64,000 bases of DNA, from contig NW_026932763.1 in assembly GCF_032062105.1 (NCBI RefSeq), positions 372,001 through 436,000 of the forward strand. Direction: 5' to 3'. The translations under genes were made by a program, and so were the position numbers. Below, piece by piece: positions 12,566 through 25,021 of the stretch. Numbering within the stretch: position 1 is the stretch's first letter; every line of letters starts with the position of its first letter. The notes beneath the pieces were generated by a model. The model did no database searches. It had not been told where the DNA came from and saw only the letters and a program-made list of their open reading frames with translations. This DNA is from Saccostrea cucullata. Taxonomy: Eukaryota.

Positions 12566-13638
12566 CGAGGGTCATTCAAAAAGTTCGTAAGATTTCGCCA
12601 TACCATTTTTAGTTAACGTCATATTATATCCAAAATGTGTGCGCATATTTAAACAATCCTTTCAAACAATTTGAGCAACAAAATTTGAATATACCTTGAT
12701 AATAGTAAAAATTCTTAAAGATTTTAGGCAGCAAAAATGTGGTCACGGAGCAGGGTCAAAATTGAGCTATCTACCAATTATACACTTTATAATATTAAAA
12801 GTCATTGGTTTAATAAATGGCGCTTAAACAGAATAAAAATGATATGCTTAAATTTAGTAATATTCTATTACTTAAGATGGTAAAATTTAATACAATACAT
12901 CGCTTAGTTTAAATTATATCAATTTTTAAAGACAGATAGACTTTATTCAAACAAGCAACAAACGATGACGTCAGAGGACGTCACGGAACAGCGAGTAGCG
13001 ATAAAATTTGTTTTGTTTTTGAGAAACCTTTAAAACAAACTATAAGAATACTTAAGGAACCAAAAAATTGATAAAAAAAACATGAACCATGCAATTGTTT
13101 ATAATAGAAAAGACCATTTTTTGAGTGTTCAAAACGTTGAATCGCACGATGAATGGTCTGTAAAGACGAGGTTGTAGTTAAAATCTTGTCAACAGAGTTG
13201 ACACGTCATAAAACTTGATGTGTGATTCACTTTTTCGGAACTTGTGAAAGTTACGTGAAAAAGACTTCGAAATTATTGACAATCTAACTGAAGCTACTCA
13301 AACAATTGTTAAATAACTAGGTGCTAAGTGTTATAGATATGATTTTAAGAATGAGGAAGATTCTACACACCATGTATGAAATGAAAAGGCAGCGTACGTT
13401 TAAGAAACATGCTCGACGTTGTTTTTTTACGTCACAGTGTTGTTAACCGTGCTCCATGGTGACAAAACATGTTGCTTTTAAAATTGTCTAACATAAGTTC
13501 CATTTAATCAGATGGAATGAAACTTTACACACCGACAATATAAATGTTTGACATATAAAAACATGTTGATCTTAAGTTTTATAAAAATAAAATATGATGA
13601 TAGAGGACATTGTCTACGTATTTTTTAAATGATCCTCG
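12566..13638. mobile_element. Tc1/mariner-type non-autonomous element (duplicated copy at 17742-18817)
   Basis: TIR CGAGGRTCATTYAAAAA at both ends, TA/TG flanks. Confidence 0.75.
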
Positions 13639-14328
13639 TGTATGTAGAGACGAATTGAATCGACATTTTAAGTTTAAATAAAATTAATACATATTTTCAA
13701 ACCCAGAGAGACCAGTCGGGGTACCGGAGAGACATACCCTTCTGCCATATAATGCATAGTGGGGTGTGTTTTGGTGGAGCGAATGTTTTTGAGTTTTGAC
13801 GATTTTTTTTCATATTTTACACATAATGAATACGTGTAACAAATATAATTTGTGAAAAAAAATGTCCAATTACTTCCGAGCTTGAATACCGAGGAGGTAG
13901 GGGTGTGTGTACTGTCCACAAGTACATGTTTCATTTACGTATGCACTTTTCATTCAAAAATGTGCAAAAGCTTGATTAATTTTACAGACACGTTAGGAAA
14001 TAATTTTAATTTTTTTAATGACGCGTTTACCATATTATTACGATAATTATAATCAAGCTGAAATTGTGTTCATCGAAATGGCTTCCTTTTTGCGAAGGTA
14101 ATCTAGCAGCAAAGATCAGAAGCCGTAAAATTAATTTGATGGTGGCCACGGTCGTCAAACAATGTAAAAAAGTTATACACAAGGACAAGTAGCTAAATAT
14201 TCATCAAATTCAAGTACCCAATGGATCTTATTTTACTTGATTGACGGGGAATACAGATAAGGTATTTCTAAGGGCGGTGCTATATGTAATTATTTCTGGC
14301 TTTAATATCTATCCAAGTTATACATGTA

Positions 14329-14563
14329 CTGTATAACCTGGGTTACGGTAGTGTCTGTTCAAGGCTTAAACTGTATCTTCCAAGGTTTTAAAGTATAACT
14401 TGTGTAGCTATTAAGTTCTTTCTTTATAGTTTAATTTTTTTCCGTTAAGTGAAGGGAAAAAACACAACTTCACCTTGAAAGTAATAAGATGTTAAAGTCA
14501 CGACAAGCAGTTTAATACGTTTTGATGCAAGTCATTGTGAGGTAGCCAACCCAGGTTATACAG
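14329..14563. mobile_element. TA-flanked MITE (duplicated copy at 19505-19738)
   Basis: Perfect 16-bp TIR CTGTATAACCTGGGTT with TA on both sides. Confidence 0.75.
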
Positions 14564-15559
14564 TATAAATTAATTTTCGCCAAATGCAAACATGCATTAA
14601 AACGTTAATTAAATCATTTAATATATGGACACTTAAACAAATAATCTTTTCCTTAATGTATACTATATTGGAATGGATGAAATTATTATTATAATGTCAT
14701 TCTTTGTTTAATCTTTTTCTTGTTTGCACTCTTCGTAAATCTGGTGTTATGTACGTTTGCTTAATTTATACAGTCTCTCTGGTGCCACGGAAGAATCATA
14801 TTCTTGAAGTTAAAACTTGAAATCAGAAATATTATTCATGGTAAGAAATTTTCCGGGTAGACTTTTTTTTTTGCTTTTGTCTTTTTTTTTTTATTTTTCA
14901 GGCAGGAAAAAAACTTTTAAGCTCATTATAAAACATATGTTACAATGATAATAACATCTGTTAAAAATTACAGTGTGTGAGATAACGAATGAAATAGCAA
15001 GGAAGTATTGAGACAAATTTAATTTCGTGACACTGTCAGACATCGCAAAGGCAAGAAATAAATTCCTCAAATATACTTTCAGTACATTATAAATATAAGC
15101 ATGATTAACATATCTATTTATATATTTATAGTACTCACACCAAGGAATACTTGGAAATCTAAAATGAATCATTATTTTTTTATTTTTTAAATATCACGAA
15201 ACAAACAGTATTTTTTACTCTAATTGCTAAAAACAGATACGCTTGTATCAAAAGAGTCTTCTTGTATTTGGTGTTAGAAACTCTGCTTCTTGTCTCTGTT
15301 TGTCACGCCCTGCACGCAATGAAGGTATTTTTTAGACAGAGAAAAATGTTGCATGGAATGCACAATACGTATCCGCGTATTCATTTCTTCACCTTTTAAA
15401 CATTTTATGACGACCAAGAATAGGGCCAAGATTTGATAAATCATTTAATAAAGTTGGTTTGTGAAACACTTATGCTCCAAATGACAACTTATAGAGTCGG
15501 TTAAAATTTCTCAAATGCACATCGAATGTGTAACACAATTAATTACAAAAAATAAGTAA

Positions 15560-17084
15560 TAACTACAGCAAACCTCTTTGCAAAGCTACGAGTAGGTTTT
15601 CCGTCCTGTTTGACCGGAAGTAGCTTTCATTTTCAACAGAAATGAGAAATAACGCCAAAATATGCTTTGAATCCTCTAAAGCCAAGTTAATTAATGCGAA
15701 AATAAGCCAATTTTTGCTTTTTCCGGTTTGACCGTAAGTAACGACGACGGACGGAAAAATAATTTTTAAGCTTTCAGAGACATGTGTTACCCAAAAACTT
15801 GTCAAGAACGGCAAAAATACGCAATTTTCTACTATTTTCTACTACTTCCGGTTTGGCCGGAAGTGAACGACGCTGGACGTATTTTGACAACTCCAGTAGA
15901 TTTAGGTTGACATTTTGAACAACTTTGCTTCATTGACGGATTACAGATTCTTAATACTTTTGAAAAATACAGAAAAAAACTTTCGGCCCCTGTAGGCCCT
16001 TCATTTTTAGGTGCTAGCCTTTTTTTTGGAGATATCAGTTGAAAGATCGTGTAATTTTACATTTCTATTGTTCTACATGACTTAAAAAAATATTTCTAGG
16101 TAAAAAAAGTTTTCGTTGAAAAGGTGTCAAAATTTATGAAATTCTTGATAGGACTATTTTCGGGCCATAGCGAGCGTCGGCGCTTCGTACTTCCAGTGAC
16201 AATTATATACTCATTGCACTTCTCCTAAGGTTGCTCTATCATCACTGAAAATTTCATACATCTATCTTCAACAGTTTTTGATAACATTGCTAGACAAAAT
16301 GACCCACTAAAAATGACAAAATCGCGAAAATCTCCGAACCGGAAGTGACGTCATCAAAATAAAAAAAATGGATCTAGATTTTTTGATCTTCTATCAGACC
16401 TGAAAGTTTCTTGAAAATCCATTGAGCCGTTTCCGAGAACTCGCGTAAGAAAAAAATAATAAGTAGATGAGATATCATTGTGAGCAAAGATTAGTTTTTC
16501 CGTTGAATTTTTCGATGAGATGAGATGTGGTTTTGACTGAGATATTCGTTAAAAGCGAATGTCATTAAAGGTTTTCTTCATTAAATTTAAAGTTTCTGAT
16601 TTATATCAAGATATCTTGAACATCTTTTGTTCAATATGGCTTATGAAAATATTCCCCATTTTCAAGATGTACAGCATCAAAGATATAGCATTTTGGTCCC
16701 TAGCAACCCCTCATTACGTAACAAATGATCCAAATTTTATCATATATTGTTGCAAATCTTTAAGATATATACCCTTGCTTCAGTAATGTATTACAAAACA
16801 TTAATCATAAGAGAGTTAAATATGAAAGTCATTTGGTCCTTTTGAGCCCCTAATTTGAAGCGTCAGCCCCTTTTTCTTGATATCAAAGAAAGGTCTTGTC
16901 ATTTTAAAGATTTTTTGTTCAACACTTATTTAGAGATTTCTTTTCGTTGTGGACATATGCTGAATGGAAATATTTTAGGGGCCAAGTCCTTAATGGGGCC
17001 GTTTTACAAAAATTCAAAGTATGCATATTGTTTAGAACATTATTTTGATCATCTTTTGTTGAATATTTTATAAAAATATTGTCC
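15560..17084. mobile_element. Helentron-type non-autonomous element(s), truncated at the duplication junction
   Basis: Starts ACTACAGCAAACCTC..GCAAAGCTACGAGTAGGTTTTCCG (terminal hairpin plus subTIR). Many CCGGAAGT motifs. Homologous to 21110 onward. Confidence 0.6.
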
Positions 17085-20000
17085 TGTTTCTGCGGGGATC
17101 AATACATATACACTGCACATATATACAGTGACATTATGGAGAACATTGATAAATTTTGGTAAAAAAAACTTTTAAAAACCAATTTTCTTTTACTTAGAAA
17201 TCATTTTATTGCCGCAAGGTAATTTCCGAAAATGAAAAGAAAAATATCGGAAATGAAAACAAAAAATGTTAGAATTGAAATAAAAAAAAAAATCGGAAAT
17301 GCTATGCATATTTCTGGAAATGAAATGGAGCGGTATGGGAATATACAACGATTATTGACTGCGAGATTAAAGGGGGGTCCGCTTCACGCATCAGTTCGCA
17401 AAGCGATCCCAGAGAGCGAACGCTGGATTTGCTTTAGGTGACTCAGAGCTGACCCTTAGCGATCGAACGCTGAGCAAGCCAAGCGTGCACCCAAAGCATA
17501 CCCAGAGCGATCCTAAAATTTCTGAAAGCGAACCCGAAGTTGACCCTAGCGAACTATTAAACTACTTCAAGACTCACATCTATTTTCGAACAAGCAGAAA
17601 TCTCACTTTAATTAATCCGCACTTCCGTAGCTTTTACTAAGTGATATTTCAACATTCTGACTGGAATGCTGTTAATGGAGATATTGGGGGATTCTTACAA
17701 GATTCATAGTAAATCTGATAGCAAGAACTAAGACAGAAACAAGAGGGTCATTCAAAAAAGTCGTAAGATTTCGTCATAACATTTTTAGTTAACGTCATAT
17801 TATATCCAAAATGTGTACACATATTTAAACAATCATTTCAAACAATTTGAGCAACAAAATTTGAATATACCTTGTTAATTGTAGAAATTCTTAAAGATTT
17901 TAGGCAGCAAAAATGTGGTCACGAAGCAGGGTCAAAATTGAGCTATCTACTAATTATACACTTTATAATATTAAAAGTCAATGGTTTAATAAATGGCGCT
18001 TATACAGAATAAAAATGATATGCTTGAATTTAGTAATGTTCTATTACTAAAGATGCTAAAATTTAAAACAATACAGCGCTTCGTTTAAATGATATCAATT
18101 TTTAAAGACAGATAGACTTCATTTAAACAAGCAACAAACGACGAAGTCAGAGGACGTCACGGAGCAGCGAGTAGAAATACATGTAATTTTTTTTTTTTTT
18201 TTGGAGAAACCTTTAAAACAAACTATAAGAATACTTAAGGAACCAAAGAAAATGATAAAAAACATGAACCATGCAATTGTTTATAATAGAAAAGACCATT
18301 TTTTGAGTGTTCAAAACTTTGAATTGCACGATGAATGGTCTGTAAAGACGAGATTGTAGTTAAAATCTTGTCAACAGAGTAAACACGTCATAAAACAATG
18401 TGTGATTCACTTTTTCGGATTTTGTGAAAGCAAAGTTACATGGAAAAGGATTCGAAATCATTGACAATCTAACTGAAAGTACTCAAACAATTGTTAAGTA
18501 ACTTGATACCAAGTAATATGATTTTAAGAATGAGGAAGACTCTACACACCAAGTATGAAATGAAAAGGCAGCGTACGTTTAAGAAAAATGCTCGACGTTG
18601 TTTCTTTTACGTCAAAGTGTTGTTAACCGTGCTCCATGGTGACAAAACATGTTGCTTTTAAAATTGTCTAACATGAGTTCCATTTAATCAGATGGAATGA
18701 AACTTTACACACCGACAATATAAATGTTTTGACATATAAAAACATGTTGATCTTAAGTTTTATAAAAATAATATGATGATAGAGGACATTGTCTACGTAT
18801 TTTTTGAATGATCCTCGTATATGTAGAGACTTTGTGAATCGACATTTTACATTTAAATAAAATAAATACATATTTTAAACCCAGAAAGACCAGTCTGGGT
18901 ACCGGGGAGACATACCCTTCTGCCTTATAATGTATAGTGGGGTATTTTTTGGTGGAGCGAATGTTTTTGAGTTTTGACGATTTTTTTTTCATCTTGTACA
19001 CATAATGAATACGTGTAACAAATATAAATTGTGAAAAAAATGTCCAATTATTTCCGAGCTTGAATACCGATGGGGTGGGGGTGTGTGTACTATCCACAAG
19101 TACATGTGTCATTTACGTATGCACTTTTCATTCAAAAATGTGCAAAAGCTTGATTAATTTTACCGACACGTAAGGAAATAATTTTCATTTTTTTAATGAC
19201 GCGTTTATCATATTATTACGATAATTATAATGTAGATGAAATTGTGTTCATCGAAATGGCTTCCTTTTGCGGAGGTTATCTAGCAGCAAAGATCAGAAGA
19301 CGTAAAATTAATTTGATGGTGGCCACGGTGACAAAGGTGAAAAAGTTATACACAAGGACAAGTAGCTAAATGTAAATCAAATTCAAGTACCCAATGATGG
19401 ATCTTATTTTACTTGATTGACGGGGGATACAGGTAAGGTATTTCTAAGGGCGGTGCTATATGTAATTATTTCGGGCTTTAATATCTACCCACGTTATACA
19501 TGTACTGTATAACCTGGGTTACGGCAGTGTCTGCTCAAGGCTTAAACGTTATCTTCCAAGGTTTTTAAGTATAACTTGTGTAGCTATTAAGTTCTTTCTT
19601 TATAATTTATGTTTTTCCATGAAGTGAAGGGAAAAAACACAACTTCACCTTGAAAATAATAAAATGTTAAAGTCACGACAAGCAGTTTAATACGTTTTGA
19701 TGCAAGTCATTGTGAGGTAGCCAACCCAGGTTATACAGTATAAATTAATTTTCGCCAAATGAAAACATGCATGAAAACATTAATTAAATCATTCAATTTA
19801 TGGACACTAAAGCAAATAATGAAAGAAATATATCTTTTCTTTAATGTATACTATATTGGAATGGATAAAATTACTATTATGATGTTATTATTTGTTTAAT
19901 CTTTTTCTTGTTTACACTCTTCGTAAATCTGGTGTTGTGTACGTTTGCTTAATTTATACAGTCTCTCTGGTGCCACGGAAGAATCATATTCTTGAAGTTA

Positions 20001-21109
20001 AAACTTGAAATCAGAAATATTATTCATGGTAAGAAATTTTCCGGGTAGACTTTTTTTTTGCTTTTGTCTTTTTTTTTTATTTTTCAGGCAGGAAAAAAAC
20101 TTTTAAGCTCATTATAAAACATATGTTACAATGATAATAACATTTGTTAAAAATTACAGTGTGTTAGATAACGAATGAAATAGCAAGGAAGTATTGAGAC
20201 AAATTTAATTTCGTGACACTGTCAGACATCGCAAAGGCAAGAAATAAATTCCTCAAATATACTTTCAGTACATTATAAATATAAGCATGATTAACATATC
20301 TATTTATATATTTATAGTACTCACACCAAGGAATACTTGGAAATCTAAAATGAACCATTAAATTTTTATTTTTTAAATATAACGAAACAAACAATATTTT
20401 TTTTTTATTCCAATTGCTAAAAACAGATACGCTTGTATCAAAAGAGCTATTTTATTTACAAATTAGATTAGTCTTGCTTGTATTTGGTGTTAGAAACCCT
20501 GCTTCTTGCCTCTGTTTGTCACGCCCTGCACGTGATTTTTTTTAAAACTTCGCGATGAACCAGTACATCGATGAATCAATACATTGTTTGGAAATAAAGA
20601 ACATTAATTAATGTAATTTTATTTTGAATAAAGACATTGGAAATGTTAATATAAGATGTTAAATGATTTCTAATGCATTTCCGACTGGAACTTTTTAATA
20701 AGTGGCTTTTGCCAAGATTGATTACCCATCGCTTTATGCCGAGATTGCAATATTTCAAGCATATATCAACAGTTAAAGATTAAAAAATCTTATTAATGAT
20801 TTCAGTTTCAAACTGGTAACTTTGAGAATATTTGAAACTATGTTGCAATGGACAATTTATTCCGCGCAATGATGGTATTTTTTTAGACAAAGAAAAATAT
20901 TGCATGGAATGCACAATACATATCCGCGTATTCATTTCTTCACCTTTTAAACATTTTATGACGACCAAGAATAGGGCCAAGATTTGATAAATCATTTAAT
21001 AAAGTTGGTTTGTGAAACACTTATGCTCCGAATCAACTTATAGAGTAGGTTAAATTTTCTCAAATGCACATCAAATGTGTAACACAATCAATTTAAAAAA
21101 ATAAGTAAT

Positions 21110-23611
21110 AACTACAGCAAAGCTCGTTGCTAAGCTACGTGTAGGTCTTCCGTCCTGTTTGACCGGAAGTAGCTTTCATTTTCAACAGAAATGTGAAATA
21201 ACGCCAAAAAATGCTTTGAATCCTCTAAAGCGAAGTTAATTAATGCGAAAATAAGCCAATTTTTGCTTTTTCCGGTTTGACCGGAAGTAACGACGATGGA
21301 CGGAAAATTAATTTTTAAGCTTCCAGGGACATATGTTACCCAAAAACTTGTCAAGAACGGCAAAAATACGCGTTTTTCAACTTCTTCCGGTTTGGCTGGA
21401 AGTGACGACGCTGGACGTATTTTGACAACTCGAGTAGATTGAAGTTGACATTTTGAACAACTTTGCTTCATTGACGTATTACAGATTTTTAATACTTTTT
21501 GAAAAATAAATGAAAAACTTTCGTCCCCTGTAGGTCTTCATTTTTAGGAGCCAGCCCTTTTTTGGAGATATCAGTTGACAGATCGACGTGTAATTTTACA
21601 CTTCTATTGTTGTACAAGTCTTAAAAAAATATTTCTAGGAAAATGAAGTTTTCGTTGAAAAGGTGTCAAAATTTATGAAATTCTTGATAGGACTATTTTC
21701 GGGCCATAGCGAGCGTCGGCGCTTCGTACTTCCGCTGACAATGATATGCTCATTGCACTTCTCCTAAGGTTGCTCTATCATCACTGAAAATTTCATACAT
21801 CTATCTTCAACAGTTTTTTAGAACATTGCTGGACAAAGTGACCCTCTAAAAATGACAAAATCGCGAAAATCTCCGAACCGGAAGTGACGTCATCAAAATA
21901 AAAAATGGATCTAGATTTTTTGATGTTCTGTCAGACCTGAAGGTTTCTTGAAAATCCATTGAGCCGTTTCCGAGAACTTGCGTAAGAAAAAAATGGTAAG
22001 TAGATGAGATCTCGTTGCAAGCAAAGATTAGTTTTTCCGTTGAATTTTTCGATGAGATGAGATGTGGTTTTGACTGAGATATTCGTTAAAAGCGAATGTC
22101 ATTAAAGATTTTCTTCATTAAATTTAAAGTTTCTGATTTATATCAAGATATCTTCAACATCTTTTGTTCAATATGGCTTATGAAAATACTCCCCCTTTTC
22201 AAGATGTACAGCATCAAGGACATAGCATTCTGGTCCCTCGCAACCCCTCATTACGTGATCTAAATTCTATCATATATTGTTGCAAATCGTTAAGATAAAT
22301 ACCTTTGCTTCAGTAATGTATTACAAAATATTAATCATAAGAGAGTTAGAGATGAATGTCATTAGGTCTCTTTGAGCCCCTAATTCGAGGGGTCAGTCCT
22401 TTTTTCTTGATATCAAAGAAAGGTCTTGTCATTTTAAAGATTTTTTGTTCAACACTTATTTAGAGATTTCTTTTCCTTGTGGACATATGCTGAATGGAAA
22501 TATTTAGGGACCAAGTCCTCAATGGGGCCGTTTTACAAAAATCCAAAGTATGCATATTGTTTAGAACATTATTCTGATCATCATTTGTTGAATATTTTAT
22601 CAAAATATTGCCCCTTCTTTATATATAAAGCGTGAAAGATTGACATTCTGGTCCCTTTTGACCTTTAATTACGTACATGTAACATATGATCCAAATGTTA
22701 TCTTATATTGTTGCAAATCGTTAACACGAATGCCTTTTCTTCAGTAATGCATAACAAAATATTGATCGTTATAGAGTTATAGATGAAAGACTTTTGGCCC
22801 CTTTGAGCCCCTAATTTGAGGAGTCAGCCCCTTTTCTTGATGTCAAATGAAGTCTTGTGATTTTGAATCAAAATAATTCCACTTTTTGAGATATAAAGCG
22901 TCAAAGATTTGATATTCTGGCTTCTTGTGACCCTTAAATACGTAACGTTTTATCTGAAATATATTACAAAATATTGATCAATAAAGAGATAAATGAAAGA
23001 CTATTGGAATTCTGAGCCCTTGATTTGAAGGGGTCAGCGCCTTTTTCGTGATTTCATATGAAAGGTCCTGTAAATCTGTACAAGTTTTATTCTATATATT
23101 TTAACAAATTATGAATAGATACGAAGATATAAAACAAAACATGTCAAATTTTGTGAGATATTTCTGAGACATTTTTGGGGCTCTACCGAGCTTCGGAGCC
23201 TTTGGCGCTAAAAAGATTTGGATGCCTGCCTGCAATTCAGCAAACCTTTCCTTACTCTCAACGAAAATCTTGACCCAATATCTTCAGTCGTTTTGGAGGA
23301 GTTTCCAGGACAAGCCGACCTCCTAAAAAATCAGAAAATCGTCCATATCTCACGACCGGAAGTGACTTCATCACCGATTTATATTTCCTACAAGGTTCAG
23401 ATGACTATCTATTAGTTCTGAGAGTTTGGTGAAAATCTATCGAGCCATATCTGAGAAGTCGCGTGCACAAAATCGGTAAGAAAAAAAGAATAATAATACG
23501 AAAAAAACGAACGAAAACAACAAGGAAACGAATGACCTTAATAAAGAAAATAGTGGAAAAGAAACCTAAGAAAAACAATAAGGTCTTCCGCTGAAGACAA
23601 AAGACCTTTAA
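21110..23611. mobile_element. Helentron-type (HINE) element with nested copy and internal diverged tandem repeats
   Basis: Terminal hairpin plus AGGTCTTCCG at about 21110-21152. Matching AGGTCTTCCG...AAGACCT hairpin at 23581-23610. Second start near 21999 and another at about 23630. Confidence 0.6.
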
Positions 23612-25021
23612 GATACTACAAGTAATAAAACTAAAGCAAACCTCGCTGCAAAGCAACGAGTAGGTCAACCAGATGTAACTTTTCATAAAAAAAATAAGTA
23701 ATGACGTGTCCAATGATTTAAATCCGCCAAATGTATGTTAATTATTGCAAAAATAGGTTATTTTGGCTACTTTCGGTTCGACCCGAAGTGACATCAACAG
23801 ATGTAATATTCAGTTTTATGCTTTCAAATCATACAAATTATCGAAGATGTGTCAATTACGACAGAAATATGCATCTATACACCATAAAAGTTCGTAATAT
23901 TGTCTATTGCATGTCATCTGTGTTACAGTACCCGTAATGTTATTCTTGACAATTCTATCGTGTCCTATCGTGCGTGTCTCCTATCGTATCTTGCTTGAAT
24001 CCTATCGTATCGTGCATGTATCTTTCTTTATTCACGAAGTTCATTCATTATTTTAACCACTTTTTTTTTATATATGTGAATAATTCTAGATTGAAAATCA
24101 CTTTCAATTTAAATAATTAGAAGGAACACATGAAAGAAATTGTTTTATTTTAGCTGAAAGCTTAAGGTACTTTTTTTCATCTATGGTAAAGTATTAGACA
24201 TAAAAAAGTAATTTTTGTCAAATTAATCTAGACTTCAGCAAAACATTTCCGCTTTGTCCTGATCGCAGCTTGATAAAGAATAGAAATGAATAGCATAAGT
24301 TTTACATGAGATAAAGGACAAATTATGTGGACTTTATGTCTTCAATTGGATATAAAGAAGGGATGTTTTCAGTTAGCAATAAACACTTCCATTACATTAT
24401 CGATTCGACATATCCGCCAGATAAAAATATAATAAATAAACCTGATAGTCTGAAACATTTGGTTTTTATTCTCTTTTCTCGTCAAAAAAAATTGTTGAAT
24501 TTTTTGCGGGAAAAATTCTTCCTATGTATACATGTATCAATTTTGAACTCTGAGTATGGAAAAAGCAGGCAAACATTATTTTAAAGATGTCCTAACGTAA
24601 TGAACATCAGAAGGGTTAAAAAGTTAAAGACCAGTTTCCCTTTTATTTACCACATCGTAGTATATTGATTTTGTCTTCAATAAATTGGATATACAAGAGA
24701 AAATTCTACAGAAAAGCTTTTTCTTATACGTAAAAAAGCTCATGAAAAAAAACTAATAAAAAAATGCTAATTTGATAATTGTATAGAATAAAAATACATG
24801 TTAAACAAAATATGCGCAGTTTCAAGAACCATCGATTTTACATATACCTTGATACTATAATTATCACTTTATACATTGTGATATCCAAGCACATTTGCAA
24901 ACTATATATTGCCAATTTAAATTAAGTATTTTTTTCCTGTCTAAATAAAACCAAATCTAGACGTGATTATGCTTGGGTAAATTGTTCACTTCTTGACCTT
25001 CTTGAGATCTGTCATTTCATT

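Larger units (their letters stand above)
11901..22612. repeat. Tandem segmental duplication: copy 1 at 11901-17084, copy 2 at 17085 to about 22612
   Basis: Collinear throughout, starting TGTTTCTGCGG at 11901 and 17085. Scattered substitutions and indels. About 335 bp (about 20533-20868) is present only in copy 2. Confidence 0.95.

Noticed and set aside
13674-21471. Paired ORFs in the duplication (13674/18753, 14891/20164, 15563/21130)
   Set aside because: They recur only because the DNA is duplicated; lengths and frames differ between copies and no domain is recognisable.
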